This document shows positions 10,214 to 19,264 of a stretch of DNA of 64,000 bases, in pieces; position 1 is the stretch's first letter; the number at the start of each line of letters is the position of its first letter. Made by a program: the position numbers and the translations under genes. This DNA comes from an uncultured Lachnospiraceae bacterium. GTDB lineage: Bacteria > Bacillota > Clostridia > Lachnospirales > Lachnospiraceae. The notes under the pieces were generated by a model. It searched no databases, had not been told where the DNA came from, and was given only the letters and a program-made list of their open reading frames with translations. The stretch spans positions 3,262 through 67,261 of the forward strand of contig CANQVT010000006.1 in NCBI GenBank assembly GCA_947627365.1, read 5' to 3'.

Positions 10214-11989
10214 GTGACGGAGGACGATCAGAAAATCGAAAACCTGCTAAATCTTGCGATGGATGCGACGCAGGAGGAGAGGCAGAAATCTGAAAATCTT
10301 GCCGAAGGATACGATGAGAGGGAGCAGGCGTGGGAAGTTATCGTGCGTTACAGCGGGACGCTGACGGGGCAGTTTCCGCCGAACTGGGATGTTGTGCAGC
10401 TTTCGGGCGGATATGCGATCGTGACGCTTCCGCTAAGAGAGATCCGTGTTCTCGCGTCCCTTCCGCAGATTGAGTATGTGGAGATGCCGAAGCGGCTATA
10501 CTTTGCGCTGGACGCTGGCAGGGTGGCGTCCTGCGTCCCGGTGGGGCGGATGTCGCAGCCGGAGCAAAGGCAGGCAGAAGGAGACTATACGGGGCAGGGA
10601 ATACTCGTGGCGGTCATTGATTCCGGAGTGGATTACTTTCACCCGGATTTCCGAAATGAAGACGGGAGCACGAGGATTATGGCAATATGGGATCAGACCG
10701 GAACATTACATGCAAACGTGGGCCGTGTCCCGGCCGGATTTTCAATGGGAGTGGAATACACGCAAGAAGAGATCAACGCTGCGTTGGAGACGGGGAACAG
10801 GGAGGCCGGGTACGCGATCGTGCCGGAGCTTGATACGACCGGACATGGCACAGAGGTACTCGGTATCGCAGGGGGAAACGGGCGCGCTTCCGGAGGGAGA
10901 TATCGGGGGATGGCGCCGGAGAGCGAGCTGATCGTGGTGAAGCTTGGGACGCCCAGAAAGAATGGATTTCCGCGCACCACGGAGCTGATGCAGTCTCTGG
11001 AGTATGTGATGCGAAAGGCGGAGGAATTCCGCCGTCCGGTGGCTGTGAACATCAGCATCGGAAATGTATATGGCTCGCACAGGGGAACTTCGCTGTTGGA
11101 GACTTATATTGATATGATGGCAAATCGCGGACGGAATGTCATTGTAGTCGGTACCGGAAACGAGGGCAATACAGGGGGACATACATTTGGGCAACTTGCC
11201 CTTGGGCGGCCGGAGGAGAAGGAATTTCTGATCAGTGACTTTGAGACAGTGATGAATATCCAGATTTGGAAGGACTATGCGGACGAGTTTGAGATCACGG
11301 TTATACATCCGGACGGGAGGCGTATCGGACCGCTCGGGCGTGAGGTCGGGACAGCGCGTTACCGTCTGGGAAATACGGATCTGCTGGTATATTACGGGGA
11401 GCCGAGTCCGTATCAGGGACGGCAGGAAATCTATCTCGATTTCATTCCTGAGGAGACGTATCTCGACAGCGGTGTCTGGACCATTTTTCTGACGCCGGTC
11501 CGCGTTGTCACAGGAGGATATCAGATGTGGATGGTTGACGCGAGAGCGCGTGAAAACGGTACGCGTTTTCTACGGCCATCTGCGGATGCGACCATGACTG
11601 TTCCATCGACGGCCTCGGGAGTGACGGCGGTGGGCGCGTACGATGCGCGCAGCAATTCCTACGCCCCCTTTTCCGGGAGGGGCTGGGCGGAAAAATCGTT
11701 TGTCCCCAGGCCCGATCTGGTCGCGCCGGGCGTCGACGTTACGACGACGGCTGTCGGAGGCGGCTATGTCAGCGTGTCGGGAACGTCCTTTGCAGCGCCG
11801 TTTGTGACCGGCGCGGCGGCCCTGCTGATGCAGTGGGGGATCGTAGACGGAAACGATCCGTATCTCTACGGAGAGAAGGTGCGCGCTTATCTGCGGCGGG
11901 GTGCCAGACAGCTGCCCGGCTTTGCTGAATATCCGAACAATCAGCTTGGATATGGAGCCCTGTGTGTGAGGGAGAGTCTGCCTGTTTAG
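10214..11989 (+). CDS. S8 subtilase, clostridial Csp (CspA/CspB-like) spore germination protease
   Basis: Triad motifs VAVIDSG, GHGT and SGTSFAAP; jelly-roll insert; C-terminal YPN..GYG; GTG at 10214 follows AGGAGG. Confidence 0.88.
   Translation: MTEDDQKIENLLNLAMDATQEERQKSENLAEGYDEREQAWEVIVRYSGTLTGQFPPNWDVVQLSGGYAIVTLPLREIRVLASLPQIEYVEMPKRLYFALDAGRVASCVPVGRMSQPEQRQAEGDYTGQGILVAVIDSGVDYFHPDFRNEDGSTRIMAIWDQTGTLHANVGRVPAGFSMGVEYTQEEINAALETGNREAGYAIVPELDTTGHGTEVLGIAGGNGRASGGRYRGMAPESELIVVKLGTPRKNGFPRTTELMQSLEYVMRKAEEFRRPVAVNISIGNVYGSHRGTSLLETYIDMMANRGRNVIVVGTGNEGNTGGHTFGQLALGRPEEKEFLISDFETVMNIQIWKDYADEFEITVIHPDGRRIGPLGREVGTARYRLGNTDLLVYYGEPSPYQGRQEIYLDFIPEETYLDSGVWTIFLTPVRVVTGGYQMWMVDARARENGTRFLRPSADATMTVPSTASGVTAVGAYDARSNSYAPFSGRGWAEKSFVPRPDLVAPGVDVTTTAVGGGYVSVSGTSFAAPFVTGAAALLMQWGIVDGNDPYLYGEKVRAYLRRGARQLPGFAEYPNNQLGYGALCVRESLPV
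11948..11973 (+). repeat. attL-like direct repeat
   Basis: GGATATGGAGCCCTGTGTGTGAGGGA, identical to 14442-14467. Confidence 0.9.
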
Positions 11990-12665
11990 AAATGAATAGA
12001 TTTTTAGGGGAATAAGCACTTTGTTTTGGCATATAAGGTGTCGAATGAAGTACTTATTTTTCGATAAATTAAGATAAGTAGCCGGAGTTTGCACTAAGGA
12101 CAAAATTTTTGCGATATTGTTTGAAAATTTTTTCGGTTCTGTAAGGTAAAAATTTTTCGCACTAAATTTCCTGTTATGAAATGACCTTTGTCAAGAGAAA
12201 ATTTTGTTTTTAACAAACTTTTTCTTTCACTCTTGGCAAAACTCACATTTTTGTTCTCTGACAGCACCGAAAAAGGGCTCTGATTTAACAGTCCCCGGCA
12301 GTTGTATGAGCATTTTTCATTGGGCAAGAAAGGAATAAAGCGGGCAATAAAAAATATATCTTCTGCACTGCTAGCAAGCTTTGGACGGCAACTAACGAGA
12401 GAAGATATATCAAAGAAGCGACTGGATAAATCAGACTTCAACTGAGATTATTATAGCAGAGGGGGGTGACGCCTGCCAAGAGGAAAATGCAAAATCTGCA
12501 TAAAATTTGCATAAAACTTATCCACGGGAATTCTTAAGATGCATTAAAATGTCAAAGGAATGTGGATAACTTTCTGATTGAGCAGGGAAAATATTCAAAC
12601 CTATGCGCAAGAGAATTTACTATGCATTGGATAATGTTTACCTTTCAGAACTGAAATTTTTTCGA

Positions 12666-12694
12666 TTGACTTTATAACGTTATGCCGTTATACT
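12666..12694 (+). promoter_or_regulatory. Promoter with overlapping inverted-repeat operator
   Basis: TTGACT, 17-nt spacer, TATACT; TATAACG (12673-12679) and CGTTATA (12686-12692) overlap the spacer and the -10. Confidence 0.65.
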
Positions 12695-12738
12695 AAAATA
12701 ACCATATTATTTCTGGAGATTCCATTGATAGAAGGAAG

Positions 12739-13317
12739 GTGAGCCGTATGAATGTGAATAAACTGATGGAGCAGAAAGCTGTCACGAAATATAGACTTTC
12801 CCAAAATAGCGGAATTCCGTATACTACGGTCTGTGATATATGTAATGGGAAGACAAAGCTCGAAAACTGTTCCGTAAAGACAATCTATAAGATTGCAGAA
12901 GCACTTGGGGTGGCCATGGAATCCCTGTTAGATTTTTCATCCGAAGAGAGGGGCAGCTTTGAACTTTATAAAAGCAGTGTATGCCATCGGGTAAAAGAAA
13001 TGGGTGACATTGATTTTATCATAGATACGTTGGAGCGGGATGATATCAGGGTGTACTACCAGAGGGGATGGTATCGGGAATGTCTGTATTTGCTGGCAAT
13101 GCTGGATTATATCAGTCGAATAAACAGTGTCCCAGTCTGTACAAGTTATGATGATCTGCGCTGTTGCAAATTAAAAGAGCCGCTTTATTCCTCTGGCATA
13201 TTGACGGCAGCACTTGTTTCCGGCAGCGATGCACCGAAAATAAAAGCACTACAGGAGGCAATCCCTGAGTTTTTGCAGTTTAACATTGTGGAGAGCGAGG
13301 TGCGTAATGTCGTCTAA
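12739..13317 (+). CDS. XRE/Cro HTH protein (putative antitoxin or regulator)
   Basis: N-terminal TKYRLSQNSGIPYTT..DIC.GK HTH; overlaps the downstream nucleotidyltransferase gene. Confidence 0.8.
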   Translation: MSRMNVNKLMEQKAVTKYRLSQNSGIPYTTVCDICNGKTKLENCSVKTIYKIAEALGVAMESLLDFSSEERGSFELYKSSVCHRVKEMGDIDFIIDTLERDDIRVYYQRGWYRECLYLLAMLDYISRINSVPVCTSYDDLRCCKLKEPLYSSGILTAALVSGSDAPKIKALQEAIPEFLQFNIVESEVRNVV

Positions 13318-14167
13318 AGGTACGGGTGTATTTACAAAAGAGAACCTTGATATCATGTTGAAAGAATTAGCAAAAGAATTTAAGAAACGGAATGGCACGA
13401 CAGTCCCGGCAGAGATCATTCTGATTGGCGGGGCTGCTGTCCTTACGGGTTATGGGTTCCGTGAAATGACAACTGATGTGGATGCGGTAATCCATGCTTC
13501 CTCAGCCATGAAAGAGGCTGTGGGCAAGGTTGGTGACAGATACAATCTTCCTCATGGATGGTTGAATTCTGATTTTATGCGTACGGATTCTTATTCACCG
13601 AAGCTGGAGCAGTTTTCTGTTTATTACAAGACATTTTCAAATGTCCTCCAGATTCGCACGGTGTCAGCGGAATATCTCATCGCCATGAAGCTGCGTTCCG
13701 GCAGAAAATATAAGAATGACCTTTCAGATATTATTGGAATCCTTGCGGAACATGAGCGCAGAGATGATCCAATTTCCAAAGACAGGATTGATATGGCAGT
13801 GCATAATCTTTATGGAGGCTGGGATGGATTCCCGGTGGATTCGGTTTCCTTTATCCACGATGCGTTGGAGAGGGGAAATTATGAAACCATTTATGCGGCA
13901 GTCATGGAGGAAGAAAAGAATTTCAAAGATATGCTGGTTGAGTTTGGAAAAAAGCATCCTGGTGTCACTACGCAGTCTAATGTGAATGAAATACTTGCGT
14001 CTCTGAAAGTAAAGAAGCCGTCCGTTATAGGACAACTCCGGGAATTAAGGGACAGACAACGGGGGATGCCGCTGGAAGGTAAAGAACTATCAGATAATAT
14101 AGTGCTGCAAGCAGCTGATGCTTCTAAGCGACAGTCCCCCAAAAGCAAAAAGGAAACAGAGCGATGA
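13307..14167 (+). CDS. DUF6036-like nucleotidyltransferase (AbiEii/MenT-like putative toxin)
   Basis: IILIGGAA...R..T.DVD pol-beta NTase motif, WLN, LIAMKL.S.R..KND..D; ATG at 13307. Confidence 0.8.
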   Translation: MSSKGTGVFTKENLDIMLKELAKEFKKRNGTTVPAEIILIGGAAVLTGYGFREMTTDVDAVIHASSAMKEAVGKVGDRYNLPHGWLNSDFMRTDSYSPKLEQFSVYYKTFSNVLQIRTVSAEYLIAMKLRSGRKYKNDLSDIIGILAEHERRDDPISKDRIDMAVHNLYGGWDGFPVDSVSFIHDALERGNYETIYAAVMEEEKNFKDMLVEFGKKHPGVTTQSNVNEILASLKVKKPSVIGQLRELRDRQRGMPLEGKELSDNIVLQAADASKRQSPKSKKETER

Positions 14168-14441
14168 TAATCTTATCGTTCGTTTTCCTTTTTGTCTTCT
14201 GCACATTTCTTTAAAAGATTTTTCCGTGAATGTAGAAAAAAACACTACCATGCCGTTTGCTTGTGTTAGTCATGGAGAAAGTAATGGCAGTATTGTGGAC
14301 TTATCAACTTGGCAATAATTTACCATCAATTTTGCTTAGACTTAGCAATAATGAACCATGCGCCCTACGAAGTTATGCGGGTTTTAGCAATTTCCAATCA
14401 AAAAATTGAAAAAAGTTTGTGACAATAACTTGACCCACGCA

Positions 14442-14483
14442 GGATATGGAGCCCTGTGTGTGAGGGACAGCTTGCCGGATTGA
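14442..14483 (+). repeat. attR-like repeat carrying the displaced 3' end of the Csp gene
   Basis: Translates GYGALCVRDSLPD*, versus GYGALCVRESLPV* at 11948-11989. Confidence 0.88.
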
Positions 14484-14521
14484 GTGTTTTCTGCCAGGCT
14501 TTTTCAAACGGAAAGATTCTC

Positions 14522-14565
14522 TTGACAAATACCATGACATACAATATTATATGAAATATAATATT
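14522..14565 (+). promoter_or_regulatory. Promoter and probable PadR operator
   Basis: TTGACA, 17-nt spacer, TATTAT; perfect inverted repeat AATATTATAT-GAA-ATATAATATT at 14543-14565. Confidence 0.65.
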
Positions 14566-14604
14566 AAAGTTTCAATAATATAAAAGCAGAGAGGATTTGG
14601 TCGG

Positions 14605-14928
14605 ATGGTATTCAACACAGGAGCCGCGCTTCTGGACGCCATCGTTCTGTCGGTCGTGTCGCGCGAGCCGGAAGGCACATACGGATACCGGATCACGCAG
14701 GAGGTGCGAAGCGTGCTCGAAGTATCGGAGTCGACGCTGTATCCGGTGCTGCGCAGGCTGCAGAAGGACAATTGCCTGTCGGTGTACGATCAGGAGTACG
14801 GAGGGAGAAACCGCAGGTATTACAAGGTGACGGAGCAGGGAATGTCCCAGCTGAATATGTATCGCGCGGAGTGGCAAAGCTATTCCGGCAAGATATCTGA
14901 GATCCTTCAGGGAGGCGGCAGAGTATGA
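14605..14928 (+). CDS. PadR family transcriptional regulator
   Basis: YGY.I, ESTLYPVLRRL, GRNRRYY.VT..G. Confidence 0.92.
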   Translation: MVFNTGAALLDAIVLSVVSREPEGTYGYRITQEVRSVLEVSESTLYPVLRRLQKDNCLSVYDQEYGGRNRRYYKVTEQGMSQLNMYRAEWQSYSGKISEILQGGGRV

Positions 14929-15761
14929 GTCAGGAGAATTTTTTGAGGGAACTGGAAGAGCTGCTCTCGGATCTGGCGTCGGAGGAGCGCGAGGAGGCGC
15001 TTCGCTATTATCAGGATCTCTTCGCGGAGGCTGGGACGGAGAAAGAGGCCGAGATTCTGCAGCATCTCGGCGATCCGATGAAGGTGGCGGCAGAGATTCG
15101 GGAAGGTCTGCGAGGCGACTCGGCCGAAGGTGAATTTACGGAGAGAGGATATCACGACGAGCGCTTTGACGACGACTATCTGGCGCCGGAGCGCTATGTG
15201 CGACAGGCGGAGCAGACCGGGACGGAGGATGGCAGGCCGTTCGGCCGCAGATTCGGAGCATGGCAGCAAAAGGGCTTCGGGCAGAGACGGACCGCGGAAA
15301 GCGCAGAATCGTCCGAAGGCGGAGCAGGAGGAAGGGGAAGAGATGGTATTTTGCTGCTCATACTGTTTCTTGTGTTCGGACTTCCGCTTGCGGGGACGGT
15401 GCTCTCAGCCGGATTTTCTATCGTCGCAGGCTTGTTCGGCTGTGTGGTCGGTATCCTCGGCGGCCTGTTCGGGCTGGTGTTCGGCGGCTTTGTGACGGCG
15501 GCGGCGTTTCTGGCGTCAGGCGTGCTGTGCGTGATCGTCGGGATCGTCAATCTGACCGCGCCGGCGATGGGTCTGATGCTCATGTGCTTCGGCTTCCTGC
15601 TGCTCGCGGCGGCCATGCTGCTGCTTGTGGCGTCCAGATGGGGTCTGAGGACCGCGATTCCGGGAGTGTTCCGCGTCTCACGTGATCTGGCGCGCGGCGT
15701 CTGCAGGCTGATCGGCCGTCTGTTTCGGCGCATGTTCGGCAAAGGAGGTGCGGCGGTATGA
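14925..15761 (+). CDS. DUF1700 (HAAS domain) membrane protein
   Basis: FL.EL..LL..L..EER..AL.YY...F, LG.P..VA; hydrophobic C-terminal half; typical context after PadR. Confidence 0.8.
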   Translation: MSQENFLRELEELLSDLASEEREEALRYYQDLFAEAGTEKEAEILQHLGDPMKVAAEIREGLRGDSAEGEFTERGYHDERFDDDYLAPERYVRQAEQTGTEDGRPFGRRFGAWQQKGFGQRRTAESAESSEGGAGGRGRDGILLLILFLVFGLPLAGTVLSAGFSIVAGLFGCVVGILGGLFGLVFGGFVTAAAFLASGVLCVIVGIVNLTAPAMGLMLMCFGFLLLAAAMLLLVASRWGLRTAIPGVFRVSRDLARGVCRLIGRLFRRMFGKGGAAV

Positions 15762-16702
15762 AGACGACGAAGACGACAAGGACGACGAAGCTGTTATTGA
15801 CGCTGGCGCTGGCGTTTTTCATCGCGGGGGCCGCGCTGGGGATCGCGAGCCTGAGCGCCGGATTTAGCTATCGGGAGTTTGTTCAGAATATGGAATCGGG
15901 GAGATTTACCCTGATCGGGCCCGGGGAGTGGATCTGGAAGACGCTGGACAGACTGGGAGTTCTGCAGGGAGAGGCAGGCGGTGGGAAGACATTTACACAG
16001 ACCTATACAGGCGTGAGAGCATTGCGCCTGAAGGCCGGTCAGGCCGACTGTAAGATCATTCCCTGCGATGGATCAGAGTGGAAGGTGGAGGGCGAGCATC
16101 TGACTTCCCGTTTTGAATGTAAGCTGGATGACGGAAAGCTTTGCATTGACTGCGGAAATCCGCCCCTGAGTTTTATGAGATCGAGCGACAACGCGGTGAA
16201 GCTTGCGCTGTATGTCCCGCAGGATCAGATCCTCGAGGAGGTTGACATCGAAGCAGGCGTAGGGACGGTGGCGATGGAGGAGGACGGAGCTTTCCTGAGC
16301 TGTGACGAGCTTGACCTGGAATGTGGCGTCGGGGAGATCAATCTCTGTGCGGATATCCGCGAAAAAGCGAAGATAGAAGGAGGAGTCGGGGAAGTCTGCG
16401 TGACGCTGGCCGGAAAAGAAGAGGATTTCAATTACAAGGCACAATACGGGATCGGCAGCGTTACGATTGACGGCGAGGAATACTCAGGCCTCGGCGGACG
16501 CCATAAGGCTGACAATGGTGCGAAGAAGGATGTAAAGATCGAGTGCGGCGTCGGCGAGGTGGAGCTCATGTTCAAGGAGGACGAGACGCAGAGTCGGGAT
16601 CAGGAAATTGGAGAGAAAAAAGCGTCATCGGGTCATCATGACGAGGAGGGGGCGGAGCCGGTACAGGAGTACCATGAGGGCGAAGCTCATTCAGACCATT
16701 AA
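15758..16702 (+). CDS. DUF4097 beta-strand repeat (putative adhesin) protein
   Basis: N-terminal TM segment, repeated (C/G)GVGE/GIG beta motifs. Confidence 0.75.
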   Translation: MKTTKTTRTTKLLLTLALAFFIAGAALGIASLSAGFSYREFVQNMESGRFTLIGPGEWIWKTLDRLGVLQGEAGGGKTFTQTYTGVRALRLKAGQADCKIIPCDGSEWKVEGEHLTSRFECKLDDGKLCIDCGNPPLSFMRSSDNAVKLALYVPQDQILEEVDIEAGVGTVAMEEDGAFLSCDELDLECGVGEINLCADIREKAKIEGGVGEVCVTLAGKEEDFNYKAQYGIGSVTIDGEEYSGLGGRHKADNGAKKDVKIECGVGEVELMFKEDETQSRDQEIGEKKASSGHHDEEGAEPVQEYHEGEAHSDH

Positions 16703-16734
16703 GAGATATCGCAATATGAAAAGGAGGAAGAGTC

Positions 16735-16914
16735 ATGAAGAAATTATGTAAATCGAGTACGGATCGTAAGATCTGCGGTGTGTGCGGAGGGGTCGCGGAA
16801 TATTTCGGGATCGATTCCACCGTGGTGCGCCTGCTGTTTGTCATCTTCGGGCTGGTGTCGGTGGGCGTGCTGTTTTACATCATCGCCGCGCTGCTGATGC
16901 CGCAGGAGGTGTAG
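16735..16914 (+). CDS. pspC: PspC domain protein (59 aa, absent from the ORF track)
   Basis: AAGGAGG RBS; MKKLCKSSTDRKICGVCGGVAEYFGIDSTVVRLLF...YIIAALLMPQEV*. Confidence 0.9.
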   Translation: MKKLCKSSTDRKICGVCGGVAEYFGIDSTVVRLLFVIFGLVSVGVLFYIIAALLMPQEV

Positions 16915-17063
16915 GGAGCAAGCGTACGCCGGAAAATATAGAAAAAACGAATAATTATCGGCGGACAGGCCATACTCTAAATATGCTTTAATAAGGTTGC
17001 GGAAACGGGGCTTTGTTACAGTGTACTTAACGATACCTTGAGTGAAAGGAGTATGGCCTGTCT

Positions 17064-17261
17064 ATGTCAGAAAAAAGCAGAAACCTGAAATGGGAAGAGC
17101 TGAGTCCGGACGACCAGCTGAAGTATGAGATCGCAGAAGAGCTCGGGTTGCTCGAGAAAGTCCGCACGGAAGGATGGAAGTCGCTTTCCGCAAAAGAGAC
17201 CGGACGCATCGGGGGACTGATGACAAAGAAAAAACGTGAGAGAAGAAGCGGGACGGCTTGA
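17064..17261 (+). CDS. Small acid-soluble spore protein, alpha/beta type
   Basis: LKYEIAEELGL...GW..LSAKETGRIGG.M. Confidence 0.85.
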   Translation: MSEKSRNLKWEELSPDDQLKYEIAEELGLLEKVRTEGWKSLSAKETGRIGGLMTKKKRERRSGTA

Positions 17262-17354
17262 TTAATTCGCGGAGAATCTTTATAATAAAGGAAATCAACG
17301 GGACAAAAGCGCTGTCTGCAGGATTGCCGAAATCGACGAAAGGAATTCTCCGCT

Positions 17355-18332
17355 ATGAAAAATCTCCAGCAGGACATTGCGTCCTCAAATTTCAAGCAGG
17401 TCTATCTCCTGTACGGAGAAGAGCTGTATCTGAAGAACCAATATAAAAATAGACTCCGGAAAGCTATTCTGCCGGAGGATGACACGATGAATTTTTCGGC
17501 GTATGAGGGTAAATCAATCGAAGTGCAGCAGGTGATCAGCCAGGCGGAGACATTGCCTTTCTTTGCAGACCACAGGCTGATCCTGATTGAGAACAGCGGT
17601 TTTTTCAAGAAGGCATGCCCGGAGCTGACGGAATATCTGCCACAGATGCCTCAGGAGACGATTCTGCTCTTTGTGGAGGATGAAATCGACAAGCGTTCAA
17701 AGCTGTTTAAGCTGGTTCAGAAGCTTGGTCGCGTGACGGAGCTCGGCCGGCAGGATGAGAAGACCCTGACAAAATGGGTGTCGGGGATGATCCAGAAGGA
17801 GCAGAAGAGAATCACATTTACCGCGCTGAACCGCTTTCTGGAGATGGCGGGGGACGATATGGAAAATATTGCGCAGGAGATGGAAAAGCTTCTGTCATAC
17901 ACCATGGACAAGGATGGGATCGAGCTGGAGGACGTAGAAGCGATCTGTACTGTGACGACAGAGAACCGTATTTTTGATATGCTTCGCGCCGTGGCGGAAA
18001 AGCGCCAGAAGCAGGCGCTTGATCTGTATTATGATCTGCTCGCGTTGAAGGAACAGCCGATGCGCATCCTGTTTTTGCTGGCGCGGCAGTTTAATCAGAT
18101 GCTGCAGATCAAAGACCTGCGAGAGCAAGGCTACGGTAGCAAGGAGATCGCACAGAAGACCGGTATGGCTCCGTTTATCGTCAAGCGCAGCCTCGCGCAG
18201 GCGGAGCGCTTTTCCGTGGAGATGCTGCGCCGGATCGTGGAGGACTGCGTGAAGGCGGAGGAGGACGTAAAAACCGGCCGCCTCGGCGACCGGCTGGCAG
18301 TGGAGATGCTGATTGTGCGTTTCAGTGAGTAA
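17355..18332 (+). CDS. holA: DNA polymerase III subunit delta
   Basis: VYLLYGEE.YL, A.TLPFFA..RLI, E.EKL, VKTG. Confidence 0.92.
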   Translation: MKNLQQDIASSNFKQVYLLYGEELYLKNQYKNRLRKAILPEDDTMNFSAYEGKSIEVQQVISQAETLPFFADHRLILIENSGFFKKACPELTEYLPQMPQETILLFVEDEIDKRSKLFKLVQKLGRVTELGRQDEKTLTKWVSGMIQKEQKRITFTALNRFLEMAGDDMENIAQEMEKLLSYTMDKDGIELEDVEAICTVTTENRIFDMLRAVAEKRQKQALDLYYDLLALKEQPMRILFLLARQFNQMLQIKDLREQGYGSKEIAQKTGMAPFIVKRSLAQAERFSVEMLRRIVEDCVKAEEDVKTGRLGDRLAVEMLIVRFSE

Positions 18333-18338
18333 AAGATC

Positions 18339-18989
18339 TCAGATTACATATTCGTACATGCACACTACGTGGCAGAAGCTGCCCGCCATGACGAACAGAT
18401 GAAAGATTTCATGCGAGCCGAAATTTTTATGGATGTCGTTGAATACGGGTAGCTTGAGCGCGTAGATCACGCCGCCGACCGTGTACAGGATCCCGCCGGC
18501 GAGCAGCCAGAGGAAGGCTGGCCGGCTTAAGAGCTCCATGAGCTGTCCGAAGACGGACAGGCAGGCCCAGCCCATCGCAATGTACAGGATGGATGAGAAC
18601 CATTTCGGGCATGTGATCCAGCATGCCTTGACGATCATACCGATTGCGGCGATCGCCCATACTGCGATCAGCAGAGGCTTCCCGGCGTGCGGCTCGAGAA
18701 CGAGCAGGCAGACCGGTGTGTAAGAGCCTGCGATCAGCACGAAGATCATCATGTGATCGATCTTGCGAAACACGCGCAGCTTTTTCCCGCTGAGATTTAC
18801 AGAGTGGTACAGTGTGCTCGCGCCGTAGAGGAGCACCATACTTGTCATAAAGACCGCCATCGCGATAATCCCAGTGCGTCCTGCGTCGACGGATGCCTTG
18901 GCGAGCGCCGGAAAAAAGGCGAGCAGAGCGAGCAGCATCCCGATAAAATGGGTGATGGCGCTGCCTGGCTCACGAATGGATTGCGTCAT
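18339..18989 (-). CDS. Hemolysin III / PAQR family membrane protein
   Basis: REP..AITH, ASTLYH, DHMMIF.LIAGSYTP, HEIFHLFV. Confidence 0.92.
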   Translation of the reverse strand: MTQSIREPGSAITHFIGMLLALLAFFPALAKASVDAGRTGIIAMAVFMTSMVLLYGASTLYHSVNLSGKKLRVFRKIDHMMIFVLIAGSYTPVCLLVLEPHAGKPLLIAVWAIAAIGMIVKACWITCPKWFSSILYIAMGWACLSVFGQLMELLSRPAFLWLLAGGILYTVGGVIYALKLPVFNDIHKNFGSHEIFHLFVMAGSFCHVVCMYEYVI

Positions 18990-19264
18990 AAAGATCCCTC
19001 CTTTTTGAATGCCGTCAGAGAGAGCCTACGCTGCCTGAATATCCGATATGGGGCATTGTGCGTTCTCCTGCCGTATCAGTATGTGCAGAAATGTTGAAAT
19101 TATGAAACATAGTTTTTAAAACTACATATTGAATAATTCGATACTACTACATGGAGTGCGAGATGTCAAGAGATAAATTTGAGTTTTTTGCATGAAACAA
19201 AAACAGAGAAGCTCCACACAGGAAAACTTCTCTGTTGTCTACAGAATGATATATACTTGTTAAG

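Larger units (their letters stand above)
11948..14483. mobile_element. Integrated AT-rich islet (no integrase gene; CIME-like) in the 3' end of the Csp gene
   Basis: Identical 26-bp direct repeats at 11948-11973 and 14442-14467 flank visibly AT-richer DNA carrying a two-gene cargo. Confidence 0.82.

Noticed and set aside
12094-12441. 115-aa minus-strand ORF in the islet
   Set aside because: No clear RBS or motif, and an F/K/S-rich composition typical of AT-rich non-coding DNA.
12485-12640. Chromosomal oriC
   Set aside because: Only two clear DnaA boxes, inside an islet, with no dnaA or dnaN context.
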